Positions 53,086-64,000 of a stretch of 64,000 nucleotides of DNA are shown here, piece after piece; the stretch's first letter is position 1, and each line of letters begins with the position of its first letter. This DNA is from Camelus dromedarius (Eukaryota): NCBI RefSeq assembly GCF_036321535.1, contig NC_087436.1:56422001-56486000 (forward strand), in the 5' to 3' direction. The notes under the pieces were generated by a model. The model did no database searches, was not told where the DNA came from, and worked only from the letters and a program-made list of their open reading frames with translations. The position numbers and the translations under genes were made by a program.

Positions 53086-53659
53086 AAGCAAAGACCCATA
53101 ATATGAGAAAATAAATGTATGCCTGATGAGGGTGACCCTAGTACTTCTACCATACAATAGGTAATAGGCCTAACATAGCTTTGATCTATGTGGACAACAA
53201 AACTCACCCTGAAACAAATCTTCCTTACCTATTACTGAATAATTTGGTTGATTTTCTTCTTAAAAGACATAACGTAAAGATATACCATTGCTCTGGAATT
53301 AAATGGTTGTTGAACTCCTGGTTGCCCAGAAGATTATTTCAGTTCCCTAGAGTTTAAACAACTGTTTTAAAGGAAAAGCTAAACAGATCTTCATATGGAT
53401 CAAGTAATTTCCAAGAATCAGAGATTTTCAACTCCATTCTATTTGAAATTCAACACTTTCTTTAAATGGACTGGAATGATTCTGCAAACAACGAACATCA
53501 ACAAACACTAAAAAGAAAGTGTAAGAGTATCAAAATATTTTAATGTGTGTGTGTTTGAGGTTATGTGTGTGTGTTATGTATGTGTGTGTGTATACAAGCA
53601 TGTATATGAATATATGTGTTCATAAACTATATATATAATTTATGGAGTATTTAAAATAC

Positions 53660-53870
53660 TTTCTATAAATGATGTTATAACCCATGTATCTTTTAGCAGC
53701 TTATTTTATTTTGATCAATATTATATTTTAATAATTAATCCATGTTGATAAACATAGCTCAAGTTCATTCACTTAATTGCATAACTATACAGTTATCTAT
53801 GTACACAGTTATTTATGTATTCTACTGTGAATGAACATTTTGATGATTTCAATTTTTTCTGTTACAGTGT
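53660..53870 (-). mobile_element. Old L1ME-like fragment (preceded by a TG/TA microsatellite at 53544-53640)
   Basis: atccatgttgata...gttcattc...tctactgtgaatgaacatttt. Confidence 0.6.
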
Positions 53871-54394
53871 GATAAGATTCATGTTTCTTCTCACAAAGTT
53901 TCGATCACTCTCATTCTTCCGTGAATCATTCTGTAAGATAACTGAAGCTCAAAAAAATGAAGCTCCTTATTGTTCAGAAGTATATGCCACTTATAATTCA
54001 AGGGGAAAGGCTACTGAAAGATTACATTTATTTGCAGTATTTCATGGAAGCTTAACAGTCCTTAATGACAAAGTAATCAAATGTTGACTAAAGAGATTTT
54101 ACTTATCAGGGAAGTACTGTAGCTTCTGAGGTTTAGCAAACAGGATACTGAATTTTTAAAGGATGGATTCTCAAGTACAGAGCATCATCTAATACAACAG
54201 ACTGTCATCAAATTGAACATTTCCCATAAAAATAAATTGCACCACTGAGCTATTATTTTCAAACAAATTATATTCTTACAGAAAATTTAGTAATTATTTT
54301 CAAGATATATTCAGAAAAAGCAGCTAACAGTACCTGAAATCACATTCTAAAGAATATACTGAACTGAATTTATATTAAAAAATGTTTAATCCAA

Positions 54395-54575
54395 TTTAGT
54401 GGTTAAAAGCACAGGCTTTCAAAGCCCTATTTTATAGCAGAGCTTCTCTTTACCATTTATCCAAATTTTGGTTATTTATATAATCTGAGTCTCAGCTTTG
54501 TTACTCATAAAATGGGGATGATAAAACCTACCTTATAGACTTTAATAAAATTTACATGAAATAATGTATAAAATG
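54395..54575 (+). mobile_element. MIR SINE
   Basis: tagtggttaaaagcacaggcttt...tctgagtctcagctttgttactcataaaatggggatgataaaacctacct. Confidence 0.85.
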
Positions 54576-55989
54576 TCATTACCCTTGCTGCTGCTCTCTG
54601 CTTATACAATTGTTTCTGTTATTTATTGGGATTCAGGTTGGGTTCAAGGTTTAGATGCTGACACATGTGGTGACACATGTCAGGGCCACTCATTCTCTCC
54701 AGCTATGCACTACCCACCAGATTTATCTGAGGCTGAGGCACCCCCTCAGAAATAATTCAAACCTGATCCACAATAAGAGTTTGACACATAGAGGCATCTC
54801 GAAATGTCTGAGAATCCAGGGTTGTATGATATGCCTGGAAGGAAAAAGGAGGAAAATGGGGAGGAAGAGATTGAGATTCACTGACTGATCGATTGATAGT
54901 TGATCTCTGGGCTGAAGCTCTAATAGAAGTGCAAAATTTCTAAAAGAAAGCATTCAGGTGGAACCAGGACCTCTGAGAGAATCTGTCCACCGGGAAGGAA
55001 TGAGATGGCAAGTCAGATTTGGCAATAAGTCCAGAGATCAGAGGAGAGTAATGCTTCTGCTAAAAACCTGATAAATGTGAATATAACCCTTACTGATGCA
55101 TCCATTTGGTAGCACGTGTGCTCCATAAGAAGACAGGTGAAATCAGAACACGTGATTCCATAAAACCTGTAACATTCTAGGGCCTAAGTAAACACGTGCG
55201 AGGTCCTCAAAACAAGAGCAATTAACTGCAGGAAGGCAGCTGTCCCTTTTGTCAGTTTACAACAGAGTGTATGCTGTCAGGGTCCAAGCATTAATGAGGA
55301 CTGATGGATACTGGATAAGACCCCAAAGTGCAGAATCTAGTACAAGGGACAATCAGTCTGGAGAGGCTGAAATACCTCAGTGGCTAGGGACAGATCACCA
55401 TTATCAACAGTGGCGGCAAAACACCTAGAGCATAGTGATAAATAGCAATGATCTAAAGTAGCAGCACCTCCAGATGAAGCGACCTGGCTTGGCTAGAAGG
55501 AGGGGGTCCCTGACAGTGGTGCTGAAGGACGGCAGCCTGGAGTGAAGGAAGGTGGCTCTGGAGGAGGCCAGAGGTCTGGTGCACAGAGCGAACTGGTCTG
55601 TGTGTGAACAAATACGAAATTCCTAAGCTCCCAAGAAGTACTGTAGGAAGAGAGAAACTGAAAAGGGGGGTTCAAAGTCCTGTTGATGGAATACGTGGGA
55701 GTCCATGAGCTAAAGAAATAGCAATGTACAAATCACCAAAAGGCACAGGCACCTTTGGAAAACAATACTACCAGTAGAAAATCATGACAGGGTGAGAAAG
55801 CAGTATAAATGATAAAACTTCCTGGACATTAGAGCCAATAGGCAAAAGAGTCATACTAAACACAAACTGTGAACAATTCAAACTTGTAAGTACATACATA
55901 AAAGCCAAGCAGCATACCTTGATAAAAATTAGCTTGAAACTTAAAAGGTCTTTTGAAGAAATGGGGGAAGAAATCCTTTCCTCCAATTG

Positions 55990-57180
55990 CTTTTACTGTA
56001 TTATGAAATATTTCATACATATGCATTTTACATAGTTGTATTATTAATAATATAATTATTAATGATACAAGCTATGATATATATCCACTGTTTACAATAC
56101 TGTATCAGTTATAAGGCACATAAGTGTTAACAGGATACTTCTAAATAAAATTTGTAAGCATCACCCACTTATATATTGCCCAGGTTCCCTGGGCTCCTCC
56201 CTAAAGCCAAGCCCTCCCCTCCAACCAGAACACGCAGTAGTCTCAGTTTAGTTTTAATTTTTTTCTTGACTTTATCATCTGATCACATACATAATGATTC
56301 CACAAAAAATATATTCCTCAAATCAAAATCTGTATAACTGGAATCATGTTGTATGTATTTCCTGTGACTTGGTTTTTCAATCACTGTTGTTTTGGAGATT
56401 CATACAGGCGCATTCATTTTCATCATTATGCTAATTCCACTGTATACAAATATTCCCCAAAACATCCATTCTACTCTCTGTTGGATTGTTTCCAAGTTTG
56501 TTTTATTTGTGTTATGCTATTATATACAAGGCCACAATAAAAAATCTTGTACTTATTTCCTGAGGCCTATGAGCAAGAATTTCTATAGGACTCACAAGGG
56601 TGGAACTGCTGAACAAAAGAGCACACTTCTGCTCAATTTCAATTTACCAGCTGGGTTGTGCTAATTTACATTCATATTCACAGTGTATGAGAATCCCTGT
56701 TGCTTCACATCCACGCTAACATTTGGTGTACTTCAGACTTTTATATTTTTAACAACACGATGGGTAAGAAACAGTGTATCACTCAAGTTATAATTTACAT
56801 TTCTCTATTAATGAGGCTCAGTAAGCTTTCATATGTTCATTGATTATCTGAATTTTCTCTTCTTGAAATTCCCATTCATTTTTATATTGGCTGATGTTAC
56901 TTTTTTTTAATTAATTCATAGAATCTTTAACATATTCTAAACTAGTTTTCAGCCTTTCTTACTTTGATGAACACATTTTTAAAATTTTAATGTTGTTGAG
57001 TTTATTAATCTTTTTATGGTTTGCTCTGTTTATGTTTAAAATTTTCATCTTACCCTAAAATAAATATATCCTTTTCTTAACAGTTTAAAGTAGTAGTATC
57101 TTTTATAGCTAATTTTTTCTTCCATAGAGAAAATGAGGTGTGTAGGGATCAATTTTAGTTTTCCATAGAAATAATTCATC
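55990..57180 (-). mobile_element. Old L1ME-like 3' region
   Basis: ggaatcatgttgtatgtatt...ggattgtttccaagttt...cagtgtatgagaatccctgttgcttcacatcc...cttttcatatgttcattgatta. Confidence 0.8.
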
Positions 57181-58809
57181 ACTGATTATAGCGGCAGCTT
57201 AGATTCAAGGCTCATTGGGACGCAAAAGAAGAAAGCATAGATGGGCTGGTGATGTCTGCCATGGAGAATGCATTCAAGTTGAAGCCCCCAATACATCATT
57301 ACAGGTGATAAAAAAGAGAACAAATAGAGTAGAGTTCAGGGGGGAAAAAATCAATTTGATTAATTCACTCCAAATTTTTATGACTTTCATATAGTTTTTG
57401 TAACTGTTCATAGTCATACTGTCATCATTTCGCCCCATACAGTGCGAGACAACATTCAGTAGTTTATTTAAACTGGTCTGTATTCCTTATAAACTCTTTA
57501 TTGACATACTAACACAGCCTATGAAAATCTTGAGGAAAATATTACTATTACACTACAAACTGATTAAGAATTTTTATGTGATAATTCAGTGGTTCTCAAA
57601 CTAGACTCCCACATAATTCCATAAACTCAATACAGGTGTTCTGCCACTATAATCCTATTAAATTCCTCTCTAAGTTTCAGAAACAACTAAATTAAATTTA
57701 TAAAATTTTCTCAATATTAACACTCTCACAATTTTTTTTCTTAAATGACTTGCACCTGCTACTCATTATTTCTACTAGAGTCTGGTGTGGGTTAACATAT
57801 ACTTATATTCTTAATTTCTTTACATCTCATATATTAAATTAAACTAATCAAGTTCAATAACTATTCTGGTAAGGTGAAAACACTTTGCTTTTTCCAGCCT
57901 GGGATCTTCACCTCCCTCACTCCACCACTCTCACTTCATGTTAATTTTCCCATCCATAAAATGCATATATTTTGCTTCAAAGCATTTGGGGGCACAAAAG
58001 GTCAAAAGGAACACTGGGTGTGAAAATGCTTTTAAAATGTAAAACATTTGCTAAACAGAAGTTAGAACTTATAATAACCTTAAATTATACCTTACAAATA
58101 TGAGGTGAGAACAGTCACGGAAAAAAACAACAGATAATCCCTAAAGGTCAGTTTTATGTATGGGTTTAATTTCTTGCATATCAAGTCTTCAAAAAAAACA
58201 ACACAGGTTTATCAACTAGACTAAAAATGAAATTTATTTAAGTGTCATTTCCTGGTCCACATAATTTCTTAATAAGTTCCTGAAAAGCAGAGCAAGGCAA
58301 AGATAAAAAGTTAATCTATACTAGCAATATAACTCATTTCCAAATAATCTGAAAATATCTTTTTATAATGGTGTCATCTAAAAATCCATGCAATTCTGTG
58401 AATGATAACTAATGAGAAATTCTATTAGAGTCTAACTGAAATCAGGAGTTATAGGTTACAGATGAAGACTGAACCTGCCTCAAAACAGTTTAGAGCATAG
58501 CATGGATTTATTCGGAAGAAAATATTTTAAGTATTTGTTTTGTTATCTCTTTGAATAAAGAAACCCTTGTAGGGTTACAAAAGTGAGAAAAATATGGGAT
58601 GAAAAAACAGTATACTAAAATTATGATTTGCTTTTCCTGTCTGTAAACATCAACAGAGCCTTGTCTTCCTTGTAGGGAAGGGACTGCTGCTCTGGTCTGC
58701 ACCTCTGTTACAGTGGGAATCCACCTGCACTGCTGTGCTACTTTGCAAACTTGAGAAACGCGTAGAAGTAGGAAAGCGAAATTACCTATTTTAAAAGACA
58801 ATCCTACAC

Positions 58810-59030
58810 TACACTGTAAAGCTTTTAGAGTCAGAAAGAACCAGGACTTAATCCTGCATCTCCTATTTTCCAAGCTGTGTAAGCTTAGGCATGCTTATTT
58901 AACCTTGAATTTCCATTTCTTCATCTTATACAGATAATAATAACCACTTCACAGAATTATGGTTAAGGGTTAAAAGAGATTGTTGTCATATATACAAATA
59001 TTCATGGCATAATGTTGACCAAGTCACCAT
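58810..59030 (+). mobile_element. MIR SINE
   Basis: agcttttagagtcagaaaga...agctgtgtaagcttaggcatgcttatttaacct...tttcttcatct. Confidence 0.8.
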
Positions 59031-61547
59031 TTTGTAAAAACCAGAGAATAAATGACTTTAAGGAAATTGTGAAATATACTAATGGCAGTATAATATTTTG
59101 TGATACTAGTTTCTTCTTACTTCCAGGCATTAATATTTCTGTTAAAATTGGAAAGATTTTCTTCAAATTGCACAAAAAAGTTCTCTGAAGTAATTGGGAA
59201 ATAGATGGAAGAGAAGGAAGAATCTGAAGTTAAAAATCAGTAACAATTTGGTATGATGGGGAACTGGGAGCAGGGAAAGGAAGAAAGTAACTAGGGAGGC
59301 AGGATGGGGTGATGAGGCAAAGTGGCAGAGAGAAAGGGGACTGAGCGCTTGCGTGGCTCTTGGCTGGATAGGTGATTCTGTGCCGGCCACCAGGTCATCT
59401 CAGGTCAGCCTGTTAGTTGAACTGCTCAACATGTAGAAATGAGCAGTAGCCTTACAGTAAGTACAGGATAGAAGTGCAATGGACAATGGCTATCTGCGTG
59501 TTCCACATGCCTTATCTGTAAACCAGTGTTTGATCTGAAGTATGCTTTATGTCTCTAAAAGCATCAATTAATACCACTGACAATACACAGTTAAGAAAAA
59601 CATATGTATATCACAGAAAATACTTTGGTAAAATTTAACCAAATTAAAAAAAAAAAAAAACAAAACCTGATTCTCAACCTTGGGGCAAATCATACGCAGT
59701 TTAACTTATTGAGAAACTGAAACCATGTTAGCATAAATATCACATTCCTTTTCTATTTTCCTACATGCAGTATAACAACAGCTTCAAAGTGACCAAAAAG
59801 CCAGCTCCCCTAGTTAAGAACACATGGCTTTGGCAGTCATATTTTATGCTCACATTGTGCTCTGGAAGCTGTACCAAACTACTTTAGACTGCAACGGTAC
59901 AAGAAAAAAAAAATCATTCTAAATAATTGTCTATTTCTACCAATAATAATTTAAAAGGATTACACGTGGAGTATTAATGAGTAACTCAAAAGACTATACG
60001 CATTGTATGTTGGCTAATTTAAAACAAATAAACAAAAAACTTTACACACTCAAAGAACCGTGAATTACTTCAATAGAACAGTGTGTCCTAGGTCACCATG
60101 CTTTCCTTCTCTATTATTGTCAAGTTTGATTTGCCAACAAGCCTCTGACAACAAACACAGAAATAAATTTCAAGGTTAGTAAGCTAAACTACCACTGGGT
60201 ATAAAGATATATCAATTTTCTGTTGAAGTTAAACTTGGCATAGAGAGAAATAGAAAAGAGACTCTGAATGAAGTGAATCTTACACACAGAAAAAAGTCAG
60301 TATTTACCTGAGGAATTAACACATGAAATCATAAATGGAATCATGTTCCAACTACACAGTGTGCAGTTCTAATCATCTTTAAAATAGGAAACTAAAAAAG
60401 ATGAATAAAAAAAGGAGAAATAATATAATCTATTTAGAATTTTTAAGATTGTTAATTAGTACAGATACTAATGCATACTTTTCCAAGTGATAATACAAGA
60501 ATAACCTGCTTATTAACTAAAAGGCACAATTTATTTTCAAGTGTTCCAAGGCAGGGCTATAAACAAAACCCCAGTGAAGTGTACTGTAAATCTTAGCATA
60601 GACGCACCAATGTATCAACAAAGGGCACAGTGACCTAAGGAGAAAAAAATACTATATCATCTTTAAGCAAAATTGTTTGCCTTGAGTTAAAGAGGAAAAC
60701 ATTACTTCATGATGGCCAAATGTATAACAAACAACTCAGACTGCAAATGATGTCTTTGTATACACTTTTGTATGTGAATTCCTGCCTCCAACATATACAA
60801 ACTATATTTATGAGTTACGTTCATTCATAGCAGATAAAGTTATCCTTTTACATCATTCCAGGTAATCAATTAGTGCCTAAGTACTGAGTTCTAATAATAT
60901 TAAAATATCTAGAATTTCCTTTCCTGCTTTAAATACCAAAGCTTTATACCACAGCAACAACTGTGAGTCTCTTAACTGAGAAGCTCAAAAAGAGATGATA
61001 GTGAAGGCTGTCAGCTAGGTAGACTCATTTCTTCCCTGAATAAAACCTGTAGTTACAAAAACAGGGACTCAGATGGAACAGTCACTCCCTGCTGACCTGG
61101 CAGCTCCTTGCCAATTTCCTTGCTAAGGTCATGGGCAGGTAGGTGAGGGAGCCAAGAGTAATGTGTGTTGAGCATATGAGGGAGAACTGAATAAGTTGGC
61201 TTGGAATGACAGAAAATTACAAAACCAATAGAGGTTCTAAAATCTGAAGAAGTTAAACATTTTTTAGCTGATTTTAAACCGATTCAAAGTGTAGGGTTGT
61301 TTCTGTCCCTCTTGAGATTCTGGTATCTTCAGTACTAACCCCAAACCATAAACGGCTCCTCACATCACTGATTTCATTGACTTGTCTCTATTTAGATTTT
61401 GAAAGTCATGGTTCTTGAGCACATTTCTTCACAGATGGACCCAAGAACCCTTGGGACGGTTCTTGCCATCGGACTCCTATAGACCTGCAGCTCTTAAAAT
61501 ATATAGCAAAAAGCATAATTTCTCTACTTGGCAATAATTCCTAAAAA

Positions 61548-61780
61548 TAATGGACTTTAGTCAGATATGAGATTAGATCATGACCCTACCATTTATTAGC
61601 TATGTGAAGCAGATCAAGCTACTTTACATCCTGGGGTCTCAGTTTTTCCGGAAAAAAAAAAAATCAAAGTAAGTCACTCAGTGGTCTGTTACAAAGATTA
61701 CATGAAATCATATAGTTACAGTTCTTGATAGAATGCCAGATATATATCAAGAAACCCTTGGTAAATGGTGGTTATTATTA
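61548..61780 (+). mobile_element. MIR SINE
   Basis: tggactttagtcaga...ctaccatttattagctatgtga...gtctcagttttt...aaagattacatgaaat. Confidence 0.75.
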
Positions 61781-62099
61781 ATGCATAATTTATCACTCAC
61801 ACAGATTCATATTCTTATTATGTCTGTGTTAACACAGGTAATAAATGCAGCCTCCTGTTTACAGTAATTTCATGGAACACGCCAGTTAAGTCCAACGGCA
61901 CCCTAACATGTGCCAATGCTCAAATCTTATTTAATAAGAAACATCAACTTTTATTCCTTAGCGATGAAGATCTCCAATTTGAGAGGTAACACAAAATTTA
62001 AATTTGCACCACAGGAGCATAAGTTAAAGGTGACTTCAGAAAAAAATGGGAAAGGGGACTAATGATTTAACAAAAGTACTGAAGTATTTAGTTAAAATA

Positions 62100-62620
62100 T
62101 TCCTTGTGAATCACAGAATAACAATTAAATAAATTAAACCATAAAATGTAGAAAAATATTTTTCATATTTCTGGATTGTAAAGAGCATTCTAAGTTTCAA
62201 AGGAGATGAAGAAAATATTGATCAGCTTTAATAAAGATATATCACTCACATTTCAAACTACATAAAACAAAACTTAAAAGAATCAAAAACCAGTTACAAT
62301 TAACAGGACTTTAAAGAATCAAGATCCTTTGATTAAAAAAAAAAAATTCTTCCAAGCCAGTAAGGGAAATACAGCCTCTGAAGAGCAAGGATATAAATAG
62401 ATAAATGATAAAAGAATAAAATGTTAATAACTAATAATCCCCTCAGATTCAAGTTCACTAGTAATTAAAAACATAAATAAAACATCACTTTTTCTATCAT
62501 GTGAGCAAGCATTTAAAAATCATAAATCTCTTAGTAGGCAAGAGTTTGAGAAAACAGGTAATACATATTTGAAGTGAAAGTATCAATCTGATGGGAAATG
62601 TTCTCTAAGGGATATTCAGA
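62100..62620 (+). mobile_element. Highly degraded L1M fragment
   Basis: A-rich tract with ORF2-end remnants (agattcaagttcactagtaattaaaaacataaataaaa...ggcaagagtttgagaaaacagg). Confidence 0.5.
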
Positions 62621-64000
62621 CTTTTCATCGATTGGAGAGCGGAGCAGAAACAGTCACTTTGAAGTTGATGTGAGGAAAAGAGGAAATGGGAAGGTATAGA
62701 AATCACAGGCTAAGGCTGAGAACAACCTTCAGCTTTTTGCTCAAAATTCTTTCATCTTTAAATATACAAGCAATTGTTTTCAGGGACCTTAGTATTAATA
62801 AGAATGGAAAAAAACCAAAGAGCTCCAATTTCTTTGGGAGTGGCAGGGAAAGGAACAGAGAAGCAAAGTCTTATAAGATGATGACACGTACAAAACAAGC
62901 TTCTTTTGCTCCTCTCTGCCCCATTAATTATTTACATTTTTTAAAGACTCTTAAATGAAAGTCAATATAATCTAAAAGCACATGTGGTCCCTTGATTTTT
63001 GTTTTAATCAGAAATTTTCCACTGTAAATAGAGCAATCATCTTAAAACAAAGTTATAAAATAATATACAATATATGTTCCCTACTAGAAGCTCTTAGATA
63101 TAATCAAAGTATCAAATTTGTTTCTGCAGTTTCTGTTTTTTTCCTGCAGGATTATCTGCCATGTTCTATTGAAAAGGAGAATGTTTATGGGAGCATAAAT
63201 CTAATTGTACTACCAAAAAGCATGGGAGAACTCAGGAAAGCCAGAAAGAGTATCTGTCATTAAAAAATAAGCAAAAATTTTTGAACTATGATTATGAGTG
63301 GAAAAGTCCTCCATCTCAGTTGGGGTCAATAATTAATAGCTAACTTTCAGGGGCTATGAAATAATGCAGAGGAGTCTAACACAACACAAAACACAAAGAT
63401 ACAACAAATTAAGCTTTACATGCAATACACAGAATAAAAATAAAGCAACTACAAATGATAGGAGAAGCCACAGTGATCTGGTCTTACAATTATGTATTTT
63501 AAAATCAAAATCTAACTAGTTACTTTAAAAGCTGATCTTTGGCAAGTCACATTACCACTTTGTACCGTATTTGCCCACATGTATAAAAAAAAAAGTTGCA
63601 GAAGAGTTTGAAGGTTCTGCTTCCATAATTCATTCATTCTTCTCCCATGTTCTATGAATTCTATGCCATGCAAAGCTATGGAAAAACCTGGATTGGCAAG
63701 CTAAGCTGCTAACAATAATAAAAATACTTTAATTGTTTTGGCAACTTCTTTATGACTCACTCCAACCAAAGTTCTTTGACCTCTTCTTGGTGGTAGTGGT
63801 GGTGATATTTTTTGCTTGTGTTTGTTTTTGCTATAATCTCACATTGAGGCAAGCTGAGGTTTCTCTCATCACTGGCCGATGGAAACTAGGTATGTTTCTA
63901 AGTCCATGCTCTTCCGGTTTTATAATATTTATATGACTTGATATGACAGCAAGATGCATAAAATGTATACCTGTATCTCTGGTGAGGCATCTTATCCATA

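Larger units (their letters stand above)
1..64000 (-). other. PLEKHA5: Interior of a very large intron of a minus-strand gene carrying alternative promoters and small alternative exons (tentatively the PLEKHA5 intron inside WW domain 2)
   Basis: Nearly all well-formed exon candidates are on the minus strand; long A-runs predominate on + (T-rich sense strand); several exons fit a phase-2 host intron. The gene name rests only on recalled architecture (large intron at YYIN|HNERK with small alternative exons), not on a protein match. Confidence 0.45.

Noticed and set aside
60308..60391. Minus-strand 84-nt exon-like unit (long polypyrimidine tract, CAG|gtaaat)
   Set aside because: Stops in the phase-0 and phase-2 readings, AT-rich, no regulatory motifs; most likely a pseudo-exon, though a poison exon cannot be excluded

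Overview
AT-rich eutherian mammalian genomic DNA; nothing prokaryotic (no operons, rRNA/tRNA, CRISPR). The supplied ORFs are short chance ORFs or lie in decayed repeats. Much of the window is ancient interspersed repeat (L2, MIR, L1M, MaLR/ERVL LTRs, hAT-Charlie elements), plus two young 5'-truncated L1 3' ends of cetartiodactyl type. I saw no Alu, B1/B2, Bov-tA/BovB, PRE or CAN SINEs, which points to a camelid-like genome (inference). Repeat family names come from recalled consensus sequences and most repeat boundaries are approximate. The window reads as the interior of one very large intron of a minus-strand gene with no constitutive coding exon. The main signal is a series of small minus-strand exon candidates with good splice sites: a 6-nt microexon (51261-51266), a 37-nt (26457-26493), a 72-nt (25132-25203), two promoter-like first exons (donors at 23661 and 21079), a 36-nt (16610-16645) and a 173-nt (1815-1987). 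Several are compatible with a phase-2 host intron and would give alternative N-termini (MILKDYLIYYPRTDFPDKPITYGFRKFEV.., MEASRNSHFSLP..), small in-frame insertions, uORFs or poison exons. This resembles my recollection of the large phase-2 intron splitting the second WW domain of PLEKHA5, but that assignment is tentative and cannot be proven from this window.
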